Below, one piece after another: positions 1 through 7,993 of a stretch of DNA of 64,000 bases; the stretch's first letter is position 1, and each line of letters starts with the position of its first letter. The notes under the pieces were generated by a model that worked only from the letters and a program-made list of their open reading frames with translations, ran no database searches and was not told the origin of the DNA. Made by a program: the position numbers and the translations under genes. Origin of the DNA: Deltaproteobacteria bacterium (GTDB lineage: Bacteria > Myxococcota > Myxococcia > Myxococcales > JAHFDP01); contig JAHFDP010000012.1 in assembly GCA_023248955.1 (NCBI GenBank), positions 1,583-65,582 on the forward strand, given 5' to 3'.

Positions 1-132
1 CGACTTGGTCAGGTGGTGACCATCTTCGACTTGCCAGTTTTGTAGCTCGGGGAGGAGCTTCGCGATCTCGGCGGCGGAGAGTGGCGGAACACCGCCGCGG
101 CAGGGAATGCAGGTTTTCTCAGAGAGCGACAT
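1..132 (-). CDS. phhB: Pterin-4-alpha-carbinolamine dehydratase, N-terminal part (runs off the window edge)
   Basis: Not in ORF track. Manual translation from ATG at 132: [44 protein letters not shown], the typical CxPCxGG N-terminus of PCD/PhhB. Starts just after the DUF1338 stop. Confidence 0.85.
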   Translation of the reverse strand, partial: MSLSEKTCIPCRGGVPPLSAAEIAKLLPELQNWQVEDGHHLTKS

Positions 133-134
133 CG

Positions 135-941
135 TTAGGCTCGCACGTTGGTGGATTCGAAAATGCGGTCGGCGTTTTTTTCCACGAACCCGTCGTAGAG
201 TTTTTCCGTCGAGGGATCGGTGTAGCGCTTCGCAAATTCGTAATAGCAACTCGGAATGACGCGGCGCGTGTCGGCGAAGGCGACCTCCACGCGGCTCGCC
301 ACCGTCGACGACTGTTCGAGCAACACCGCCGCGGATCCCTTCACTTCGCCGCCGGAGGTGTTGAGCGCAAAGCCCTGCGTCTTGAGCCAGGCATTGAGAT
401 CGGCGACTTGCGAAAATGTCTTCAAGGCATTGAACGACACCGTGAAGTGATTCACGCGCACGCCGAATGCCACGAGCCACGCACCGTATTCGGACTCGGC
501 GAGGAGCCGTTCGTACGTCGCGTAATCGATGGAGCGCCACGTCGGCAGCCGCGCGAAGAAATCGAACGCGCCGACGGTGGAACCATCAACTTCGGAAACG
601 AGCCCACGTACCGTCTCCTGGAACGCGGACGAAAACGCGCGCGTCCGTAATTGCGAAACGAAGAGCCGCGGATAGTTTCCGCTCGGATGGCTAAACGAAA
701 TCGCGTCGAGCTTCTTGTCCTCGAAAGCGTAGCGACCGCTCTCGCGGTAGCCGAGTGCGACGAAGGGCGCAGCCAGCGCCTCCATCTGAATGGGCGCCAG
801 ATCGAACGTACGCAGTGCGACGTGATCGTTGACCACACGTTCACCGCGCGCTTCGAAAAGCGAGCGAATGCGCTTCGCGTCGGGCGTGGTCATTGAATAA
901 TCGGACCAGAAGTATTCGAACACTTCGTCGAGCGTTTTCAC
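135..941 (-). CDS. DUF1338 family protein, probable 2-oxoadipate dioxygenase/decarboxylase (HglS-like)
   Basis: [15 protein letters not shown] and CYYEFA motifs (His/His/Glu metal ligands); LLEQSST and DRIFEST are typical of DUF1338. Confidence 0.85.
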   Translation of the reverse strand: MKTLDEVFEYFWSDYSMTTPDAKRIRSLFEARGERVVNDHVALRTFDLAPIQMEALAAPFVALGYRESGRYAFEDKKLDAISFSHPSGNYPRLFVSQLRTRAFSSAFQETVRGLVSEVDGSTVGAFDFFARLPTWRSIDYATYERLLAESEYGAWLVAFGVRVNHFTVSFNALKTFSQVADLNAWLKTQGFALNTSGGEVKGSAAVLLEQSSTVASRVEVAFADTRRVIPSCYYEFAKRYTDPSTEKLYDGFVEKNADRIFESTNVRA

Positions 942-1561
942 ATTTCCTCCAGGAGCACCGCGCGCACCGGCGACGCATCGGCACCTTCTAGACGAAGCGG
1001 CAAGGCTACGAGCGTATAGCGGCCCGGCGGAACGTGCGCGAGCACAAGCCCCTCGAGAACGGACAAACCATGGCGCCGAACGGCGTTGTGGCTCTCGAGA
1101 ATCTTGTCTTCGAAGAGATCGATCGATGGCGTATCGATGCCAACCAGGAGTGATCGGTTGTCATACAAGTGATCAATCAACGCGGCGGAGAGCGCGGCGA
1201 AGTCAGTGGTGAAGCGATCGGGATCCGGAAAGGTTCCCGTCTTGAAGAGCACGCGTGGTGCTGCAATAGACGCCATTAGATCATGCGGATGAATTCGCGC
1301 GCCACGCGTCGCCGCGACTTCAATCACCTGACACGGACCGAGATAGGGCGTAAGCGACCGCGCGCCGATGTCCGCACCGGACCGGTCGTAGTGCTTTGGC
1401 GCGTCGGCATGCGCACCCAGATGCAACGTCGTTCGAATTGCGCCGAGGTTGACGCTCGCGCCGTCCGCCATCCTCCACGTTTCTTCGAGCGCGAACGCGA
1501 CGTCGCCAGGCCAGACGCCGAGGCGCGGAGAAACGGCGGGAGAAATATCGATGATGCGCAA
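938..1561 (-). CDS. kynB: Kynurenine formamidase (cyclase family)
   Basis: VWPGD, HLGAHADAP (HxGxHxDxP), GIDTPSID, LEGL and DASPVRA motifs; 4-bp overlap with the downstream gene. Confidence 0.88.
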   Translation of the reverse strand: MRIIDISPAVSPRLGVWPGDVAFALEETWRMADGASVNLGAIRTTLHLGAHADAPKHYDRSGADIGARSLTPYLGPCQVIEVAATRGARIHPHDLMASIAAPRVLFKTGTFPDPDRFTTDFAALSAALIDHLYDNRSLLVGIDTPSIDLFEDKILESHNAVRRHGLSVLEGLVLAHVPPGRYTLVALPLRLEGADASPVRAVLLEEM

Positions 1562-1564
1562 ACG

Positions 1565-2983
1565 CTACTCCGCCGCCGCGATCACTTTGAATTCCACCGC
1601 AATCGGCGTGGGCAGGGCCTTGATGGCGACGGTCGTTCGCGTGGCACCGACACCGGCGAAGTGCTCGCCATAGACGCGATTGAACGTGGCGAAATCGCGA
1701 TCCATGTCGATCAAGTAGACCGTCACGTCGATCACGCGCGCCAACGACGAGCCCGACGCTTCGAGAATCGTCTTCACGTTTTCGATGACCGCGCGCGTCT
1801 GTAATGCAACGTCATACTTTTGTGATCGCCCTTCGGAATCGTGCACTGGACCGCCGGGAATCGAATCCGTTTTCGGATCACGTGGACCGATTCCCGAGAG
1901 GAAAAGCAGACCGCCGACGCGACGCGCGTGCGGATAGGCGCCGACTGGACGCGGCGCGGCGGCGACGGAAATGGCGTCGCTCACGACCGTGGATCCCCGG
2001 GTCAAGCCCGGGGATGACGAATGCGTGACTGAGGACGACGAATGAGTGACCGGGGAGGACGAATGAGTGGCTGCACCTGACGAATTGCCCGTCAGCACGC
2101 CGCGATCGCCTGCGAACACTTCCGCATCCGCCTCATCGAACTCCTGGGCCGCAGCTGCGCGATCAGTCGGTGTGAGCCCAACCACCGCCGCACCCGTTCC
2201 CCAAATCGGTTGGTACGCAAACGCGCGACCTTCGTAACGGTTGTGCTGCCCCATCAGTGCCGCGAGCCACCAGATCGCTTTCAGCTTCTGATCACCGAAC
2301 GCTTGCGCCGAAAATTCACGCGCCAGCTGCGACACATCCTCGAGCCGTCCTTCCCCCAAAAGCTCCACAAGCTTTCGATTCCACTCGTCGTCTTTGCGCG
2401 ACGACACGTGATCCTTCGCTGGATCGATCTCCTCGGTGAAGAGCCGATTCGAAAGTGCAGTCACACTGACTGCAATGGCGCGCTTTCCACTCGATCGCAG
2501 CGCGTCAGACGCTGCCTTGCCAAGCACCAGCGTCTCCGCACGATCCGCGTACATGTTGCACGAGACGATGCAGGCCGGCAGCCGGTTGTCGGGATTGAGC
2601 AACTTGAGAGCGACCACGGATCCGGTGTCGATGGGAAACCCGCGGTACGCCACGGTACGCGTGTGCAAGCCGCGCGCGCGCGCCGCCTTTGCGTAGGCCT
2701 CCGCGTAGTCGGCGTCGATCCGAAAACGGTACGGAATCTCTCCGAGCTCGTGCCACTCCGGATCAACGTGCGTCCACTCCGGCGCGGGATCCGCTTGCAC
2801 TTGGTGGCCGATCACGCTGAGCCACTGCGTGCTGTAAATCAGCAGCAGATCCGCTTCGGCCGCCTCGATCTCCTCGCGCACTTTTTCAAAGGCATCGCGA
2901 ATCGTTTGCCACGCTGGCGATCGCTCCGGCGCCAGCAACGGATGCGGCATACCTGGAACGATATATCCGGCCACGATCGTCAT
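1565..2983 (-). CDS. 2-aminophenol 1,6-dioxygenase alpha subunit fused to a RidA-family 2-aminomuconate deaminase
   Basis: Start MTIVAGYIVPGMPHP at 2983 (ATGA overlap with the beta-subunit stop); LIYSTQWL and HVDPEW resemble AmnA/CnbCa. C-terminal ~135 aa (PVGAYPHARRVGGLLFLSGIGPR...RTTVAIKALPTPIAVEFK) is RidA/YjgF type. Confidence 0.85.
   Translation of the reverse strand: MTIVAGYIVPGMPHPLLAPERSPAWQTIRDAFEKVREEIEAAEADLLLIYSTQWLSVIGHQVQADPAPEWTHVDPEWHELGEIPYRFRIDADYAEAYAKAARARGLHTRTVAYRGFPIDTGSVVALKLLNPDNRLPACIVSCNMYADRAETLVLGKAASDALRSSGKRAIAVSVTALSNRLFTEEIDPAKDHVSSRKDDEWNRKLVELLGEGRLEDVSQLAREFSAQAFGDQKLKAIWWLAALMGQHNRYEGRAFAYQPIWGTGAAVVGLTPTDRAAAAQEFDEADAEVFAGDRGVLTGNSSGAATHSSSPVTHSSSSVTHSSSPGLTRGSTVVSDAISVAAAPRPVGAYPHARRVGGLLFLSGIGPRDPKTDSIPGGPVHDSEGRSQKYDVALQTRAVIENVKTILEASGSSLARVIDVTVYLIDMDRDFATFNRVYGEHFAGVGATRTTVAIKALPTPIAVEFKVIAAAE
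1988..2020. repeat. REP-like palindrome inside the coding linker
   Basis: cgtggatccccgggtcaagcccggggatgacga is identical to 61220-61252; encodes SSPGLTRGST in frame. Confidence 0.85.
2016..2078. repeat. Three imperfect 21-bp tandem repeats (THSSS-containing peptide units)
   Basis: Units beginning gacgaatg at 2016, 2037 and 2058. Confidence 0.75.
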
Positions 2984-3876
2984 GGCGCGCTCCGCTTCGG
3001 ATCCCATTCGACAACGGCATTGCCAGTCCCGATCACGGTTCCGTACGCATGAACCTGTGCCGGATAGGTGGGCATGCCGAGCGCGGACAAAAGCCACGTC
3101 AGCGCACCCGACTTCGCTTCGCTCTCGGTCTGATCAAGGAAATCGGGCAGCTCGTCCATCAGCTCGCGCGTCTTGCCATGGCGCATCAGTTCCAAAACGC
3201 GCATGTCCCAGAGGTATTGCCCGTGGTGATAGATGTGTTCCTTCGACATGTCCTCGGGCGGATCTGGCTCGACGGTGAAGTGGCGATGCGACAGCGAGCA
3301 GGACGCGAGGAGCACCGCGCGACGGCCGCTCTTCTCGACCGCGCGTCGTGTGGCCTCGCCGAGCAATGCCATCTGTTCGTTGCCCACTTCGTTGCTGAAA
3401 TAAAAATAGGCGCCGTTCGAGGAGAGTCCCACGATCGGTTTGTTCCACGAGGGGTTGGCTAGATGGCACGCAGTGAGCGTTCCGTAGTCCACGCGAAAAT
3501 GGGGGTTGCGCATCATCTTCGCGGTGAGGCCGGCGTGGCGCGCTTCGTCGTGAATCGCTTCGGCCAGCGCCACGTCGACGTCGAGCTTGTAGTCGTAGCG
3601 AAAGAGGTTCGGAAAAATCGGATCGACCGAGCGGCTCTCGAAATGCGGCACGCCGAGAATGTGGTGGCCGACGTGCGTGCGCCAATGCGGTGAATGGACG
3701 ATGAGGACATCGAATTCTTTCGTGGCGAGGCTTTGGCGGAGTCGCTCGTAGCCCCAGCGCAAAACGTCCCAGCCGCCCTCGGAGCGCGGTTCGTTTTGTG
3801 GCGGATTTTCTCCGTACACGAGATGCGGCGGATGCGGCGCGAGCGCGCCGAGAACAATTGAACCGCCTCCGCTCAC
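2980..3876 (-). CDS. amnB: 2-aminophenol 1,6-dioxygenase beta (catalytic) subunit
   Basis: APHPPHLVYGENPPQNEPRSEGGW, HSPHW, SVDPIFPNLFRY, FRVDYGT, LSHRHF and YGTVIGTGNAV closely match the AmnB/CnbCb sequence as I recall it. Confidence 0.93.
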   Translation of the reverse strand: MSGGGSIVLGALAPHPPHLVYGENPPQNEPRSEGGWDVLRWGYERLRQSLATKEFDVLIVHSPHWRTHVGHHILGVPHFESRSVDPIFPNLFRYDYKLDVDVALAEAIHDEARHAGLTAKMMRNPHFRVDYGTLTACHLANPSWNKPIVGLSSNGAYFYFSNEVGNEQMALLGEATRRAVEKSGRRAVLLASCSLSHRHFTVEPDPPEDMSKEHIYHHGQYLWDMRVLELMRHGKTRELMDELPDFLDQTESEAKSGALTWLLSALGMPTYPAQVHAYGTVIGTGNAVVEWDPKRSAP

Positions 3877-3902
3877 GTATTGCCTCCGATCACCTTTGTA
3901 TT

Positions 3903-4130
3903 CACAGAGGTTGTGAAGAAATCCTCACAACCTCTGTGTTTTGAAGGGTCGGGCCGCCGCCCGCCCCTCTGCGCCGAGTGAATCGGCGCATGTACGGCGC
4001 TCAATGATAGCGCCGTCGGCCCACGTGGTTGCGCTGGAAGCGCTCGGTCGGACCCCGGGCTCACCCCACCCGCCGCCACGGCTTTCGCCGCGTCGCTGTG
4101 AGCGAAGGATGAACAATTCACAGGCTCACA
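3903..4130. mobile_element. Putative MITE-like structured insertion between amnC and amnB
   Basis: Ends gaggttgtgaa (3907-3917) and ttcacaggctc (4117-4127) form a 9/11 inverted repeat; perfect 14-bp hairpin 3903-3916/3925-3938; further hairpins at 3970-3990 and 3994-4016. Confidence 0.5.
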
Positions 4131-5565
4131 CCTTCACGCAAACATTTTTCGATTCACTAAAAAATTCGAGCGAATGCACTCCGCCTTCGCGGCCGACTCC
4201 ACTGTCTTTCACGCCGCCAAAGGGCACGCGCAGATCCCGAAGCAGCCAGGTGTTCACCCACACGGTTCCGGTTTCCAACGCCGCGGCGACACGATGCGCG
4301 CGCGAAAGATCGCGCGTCCAGAGCGACGCCGAGAGTCCGTAGCGAACGCCGTTGGCAATCTCGAGCGCTTCGGTTTCGCCTTCGAACGGATGGACTGTCG
4401 CCACCGGACCGAAAATCTCCTGCGTGGCCGTGCGGCTCTTCGTTGAAAGTCCGGCGATGATCGTTGGCTCGAGAAACGCGCCACGATCAAACGGCGGCGC
4501 GAGCGAAGGACGCTTACCACCACAAAGAATCGTCCCGCCTTCGGACTTCGCGAGCGTCAAGTAACCCTCGACTTTGTCACGATGCGCCGCTGAAACCAGT
4601 GCGCCCAGCGTCGTCTCCGGGGAGCGCGGATCGCCAACACGCATGGCGCGCACGCGAACGACGAGCGCTTCCACGAAGCGATCGTAAATCGATCGATCGA
4701 TCAAGATTCTCGATCCACAGAGACAAATCTGGCCCTGATTCAGAAAAGCCGCGCGCGCCGCACCTTCCACCGCCGCGTCGAAATCGCAATCCGCAAAAAT
4801 GAGCGTGGCGTTCTTCCCGCCGAGCTCGAGCGAGAGCTTCTTGAACAACGGTGCCGCGGCGTGCGCTACCCGCGCGCCGGTAGCCGTGCCGCCGGTGAAT
4901 GAAACCGCCGCGACGTCGCGATGCTCGATGAGCGCCTGACCAGCCTCGGCGCCGAATCCATGAACGAGGTTGAACACCCCAGCAGGCGCCCCGACCTCTT
5001 TGAAAATCTCCGCCAACACGGACGCCGTGAGCGGCGTAAGCTCGCTGGGCTTGGCCACCACGGCATTGCCCATCACCAGCGCTGGCGCGGCTTTCCACGA
5101 CAAAAGATAGAGTGGCAAATTCCATGGCGTAATGAGCGCAACAACGCCAAGCGGTCGCCGCAGTGTGTAGTTGAGCGCGCCGTCCATCTCGTGCGCGGCG
5201 GTGGACGTGTGGCGCGCGGCGCCGGCGAAGAAACGGAAGTTGGCCACGGCACGCGGAATGTCGAGCGTGGCCGCGAGCTTCACGGGCTTGCCAGTGTCGA
5301 GCGATTCCAGCTGGGCGAGTTCGTCGGCACGCGCGGCGATTCGGGAGGCAACGGCGTCGCAGAGATCGGCGCGTTCGGCGACGGTTGTGCGCGCCCACGA
5401 AGCGGAAGCTTTGCGCGCCGCGGCGACGGCGTGATCAACATCCGCCGCGTTCGAACGTGGAATCTTGGCGATGCACTCGCCCGTCGCCGGCGCGATGTCG
5501 TCGAGGTAAACGCCCGACGCGGGTGGAACGAAGGCGTTGCTAATGAAGTTCGCCTTCGACGTCAT
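4126..5565 (-). CDS. amnC: 2-aminomuconic semialdehyde dehydrogenase (ALDH8/HMSD type)
   Basis: ITPWNLPLYLLSWK, SFTGGT, LELGGKN, NQGQICLCGSR, EIFGPV and WLLRDLRVPFGG; start taken at MTSKANF. Confidence 0.9.
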   Translation of the reverse strand: MTSKANFISNAFVPPASGVYLDDIAPATGECIAKIPRSNAADVDHAVAAARKASASWARTTVAERADLCDAVASRIAARADELAQLESLDTGKPVKLAATLDIPRAVANFRFFAGAARHTSTAAHEMDGALNYTLRRPLGVVALITPWNLPLYLLSWKAAPALVMGNAVVAKPSELTPLTASVLAEIFKEVGAPAGVFNLVHGFGAEAGQALIEHRDVAAVSFTGGTATGARVAHAAAPLFKKLSLELGGKNATLIFADCDFDAAVEGAARAAFLNQGQICLCGSRILIDRSIYDRFVEALVVRVRAMRVGDPRSPETTLGALVSAAHRDKVEGYLTLAKSEGGTILCGGKRPSLAPPFDRGAFLEPTIIAGLSTKSRTATQEIFGPVATVHPFEGETEALEIANGVRYGLSASLWTRDLSRAHRVAAALETGTVWVNTWLLRDLRVPFGGVKDSGVGREGGVHSLEFFSESKNVCVKV

Positions 5566-5611
5566 GGGCGGGCTCCCATCGGGGTGCACATAACCTGGAC
5601 TCACTTTCGGT

Positions 5612-5687
5612 CCCCCCAACCTAGCCCTCCCCCGCAAAGGGGGGAGGGGATACTTCAGGAGGGGACACTTCAGGAGGGGCCGCTTCA
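5612..5687. repeat. REP-like C/G-rich palindrome plus 3 x 15-bp tandem repeat forming the 3' end of the asparaginase-like gene
   Basis: ccctcccccgcaaaggggggaggg hairpin; ggagggg-NNN-cttca units at 5643, 5658 and 5673 (PPEVS/PEAA peptide repeats). Confidence 0.65.
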
Positions 5688-6766
5688 GGGTAGGGGGAAA
5701 TCGTTTTATTCCACTGAATATATCGGTCCCGATCTGGATCCCATTCGTCCCAGGTCGGAATCGTCTCCAACTTTCCCAACAGCACCTCCGGCACCAGCCC
5801 CGGCACGATGAACGCCTTCTGCCGATGCAGCGGATAGGGATTGCGCAGATCGAATCCGAGCACGCCCAGCACCGACCGGGCGATGGTCCAGCTGGCGCGC
5901 GCGTTCCAGCCGTGCGCGATCTTGATCACCACGCCAAGCCCCTCGGGAAAATCGGGATGCACGACGGAGAGCCCGAGCAACCCGTCCGCGCCCTCTTTCG
6001 CGAGGACGCGGCCTTCGCACGCTTTGAGAATCGTGCTGTCGAGACGGTTGAAGCCGCCCACAAGATCGGGATGGCGCATCATCGCTTCCCAGATCCAGTC
6101 GTCGTCGCGGTGCGCCGAGAGCGACGCGAAGAGCACCGCCAGCTCCGAAACCGTGTTCGAGGCCGTCGGCAATCCACAACCATCGCGCGCGATCCTAAGC
6201 GGAGTCCAATCCGCGCCCAACTGACCCCGTATTACATCCAATAGCGATTGAAATACACGGTGACTCGGCAACGTATAGCCCGCGCGCGACCAGCCAAGCA
6301 GCCGGCAGCCGAGCAGAATCGCGGCATGCTCGCCCGAGCAGCAGTGGTACCAGCGCCGCGGGCGCCGCACCTGCCTACCAAATTGCACCAGCGGAACGTC
6401 GAGCGGCGTCTGCATGAGCCCGCGCTCCGACTCGGCGAGCAGCGACTGTGCCGCGGCCACATGTTCGACGTCGCCGTTATGGCTCGAACAAGCGATAGCC
6501 TTCTGCCGCCAATCGGTGACCGGCGCCAGTGCCTCCGCAAACACCTTCATCATAAGCGGCTTCATCATGCTGCGGCCGTAGCAGAGAACGTTTCCGCCGA
6601 AGGAGTGAATGAGCTTGCCGCCGTTGGCCCAGGCCACCGCGCCGTGAACCGTGGTCTCCGAAATATCGTTGCGCCGGTAGTCGACGAGCGGCTCCCACTC
6701 GACGTCGCGTCCAGTGGGAATTCCCGGCGCGCGGACGCCGAGCGGGCTTGCCGGATACAGACTCAT
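5621..6766 (-). CDS. Asparaginase II (Rhizobium etli-type, class 3) family hydrolase
   Basis: RSMMKP (RSxxK), SSHNG, CCSGEH (family motif NCSGKH), DGCGLP, AKEGADG. Confidence 0.85.
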   Translation of the reverse strand: MSLYPASPLGVRAPGIPTGRDVEWEPLVDYRRNDISETTVHGAVAWANGGKLIHSFGGNVLCYGRSMMKPLMMKVFAEALAPVTDWRQKAIACSSHNGDVEHVAAAQSLLAESERGLMQTPLDVPLVQFGRQVRRPRRWYHCCSGEHAAILLGCRLLGWSRAGYTLPSHRVFQSLLDVIRGQLGADWTPLRIARDGCGLPTASNTVSELAVLFASLSAHRDDDWIWEAMMRHPDLVGGFNRLDSTILKACEGRVLAKEGADGLLGLSVVHPDFPEGLGVVIKIAHGWNARASWTIARSVLGVLGFDLRNPYPLHRQKAFIVPGLVPEVLLGKLETIPTWDEWDPDRDRYIQWNKTISPYPEAAPPEVSPPEVSPPPFAGEG

Positions 6767-7983
6767 AACGCCGTCCCGAGCCGCGGCACCACGCGTTCGG
6801 TGAATGCCGTCATGTTGCGAATCACGCGCGCGTTGTCGTGGTTGAAAAAATCGAACCAGAGCATCAAGCGATCGTCGGGATGAAAACGCGCTCGAAGTTG
6901 CGCCGCGATTTCGTCAGCGTCACCAATCACCGCGTTGTCGGCGGCCTCGTCGACTTTTTTCGGATCGAGCGTTCCCTCGAGTGCGGTCCAATAAGCCGAA
7001 AGCGCGGCGCGCGCTTCCACGCGAGCAGCCGCGCGACGCGCCTCGACCGAAAGATCATGTTCTTCGTTGAGGAACACCAGCACCGTGCGCGGCATGTTGC
7101 TGCGTCGCCACGGGCCGCCGGAGGGATGATAAGTGCGCGTCAGCCGTCGATGCGTGTCCTCGATGATCTCGGGCTTGGTGATGGAGAGATTGAAAATCCC
7201 CACCGGACCAATCGCCTGCACTTCTTCTTGAAGCCGCGGATCGTGCGAACCCAGCATCGGGACAACCAGTTCGCGTCGAAAATCTTGCGGAATGATTTTC
7301 AATTTTTCGAACGACCAGCGGCGCGGCACTTCGATCGCCGCGCTGCTCGAGCCAGCGGCTTCTTGCACGCGCGCCCAATCGGCGTCGCTGCGAAAATCGG
7401 CGCGCGACAATTTCGTCGGACGCACGTTTTCGCTCGACAGCGTGTCGCCACGGACGAGCCGCAAGAAAACTTCCGCGGCCTCGGCGAAAATTTTTCCTTT
7501 GAGGGCTGGCCAAGCGGCTTCTTCCACGGCGCTGCGCGGAACGATACCCGAAGCGCGGTTGATGAAATCGAAGCGTCCCGCCGCGATGCCGACGTGAATG
7601 CGCCGTCGCTCGACCGGATCGAGTCCGTGCAACGCCGTGAAGGCTGCCACACGTTCCGCTGCCGCGACCGGACCACCGTTGCAGAGAATGTTCATCACCG
7701 CTGAGCCGGTTTCGATACGGCGCGTGCGACGAAACACCTGATGCGAGAGCTGCAAGAAATCAACGTTGAGACCGACCTCACCCTGCCAGCTGGGAATCAC
7801 CGGATGCGCGTGCGACTTCTGCACTTCGCTGGAAAGGTGCGACTCGGCAATCCAGGCCACGCCGTAACCGAGCGCGTCGGCCGCTTCGACCTGCGCGAAG
7901 AAGTTGCGAAACATCTCCGCTTCGCTCGGCAGGTAACCGGCGACCGGCGTCTGGCTGATGGAGAAAAAGACGTTGAAGTTCAC
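6763..7983 (-). CDS. Luciferase-like (LLM class) flavin-dependent monooxygenase
   Basis: QVEAADALGYGVAWIAESH, TRRIETGSAV, AAAERVA and FTERVVP are typical of LLM TIM barrels; 4-bp overlap with the asparaginase-like gene. Confidence 0.82.
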   Translation of the reverse strand: MNFNVFFSISQTPVAGYLPSEAEMFRNFFAQVEAADALGYGVAWIAESHLSSEVQKSHAHPVIPSWQGEVGLNVDFLQLSHQVFRRTRRIETGSAVMNILCNGGPVAAAERVAAFTALHGLDPVERRRIHVGIAAGRFDFINRASGIVPRSAVEEAAWPALKGKIFAEAAEVFLRLVRGDTLSSENVRPTKLSRADFRSDADWARVQEAAGSSSAAIEVPRRWSFEKLKIIPQDFRRELVVPMLGSHDPRLQEEVQAIGPVGIFNLSITKPEIIEDTHRRLTRTYHPSGGPWRRSNMPRTVLVFLNEEHDLSVEARRAAARVEARAALSAYWTALEGTLDPKKVDEAADNAVIGDADEIAAQLRARFHPDDRLMLWFDFFNHDNARVIRNMTAFTERVVPRLGTAL

Positions 7984-7993
7984 GTATTACATC

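Noticed and set aside
2016-2078. Short periodic repeats as a CRISPR array
   Set aside because: 21-bp in-frame coding repeats with no spacers and no cas genes; the same applies to 5643-5687
3873-4121. 82-aa ORF between amnC and amnB
   Set aside because: No recognisable motifs; lies over hairpins and inverted repeats, so better explained as a non-coding element
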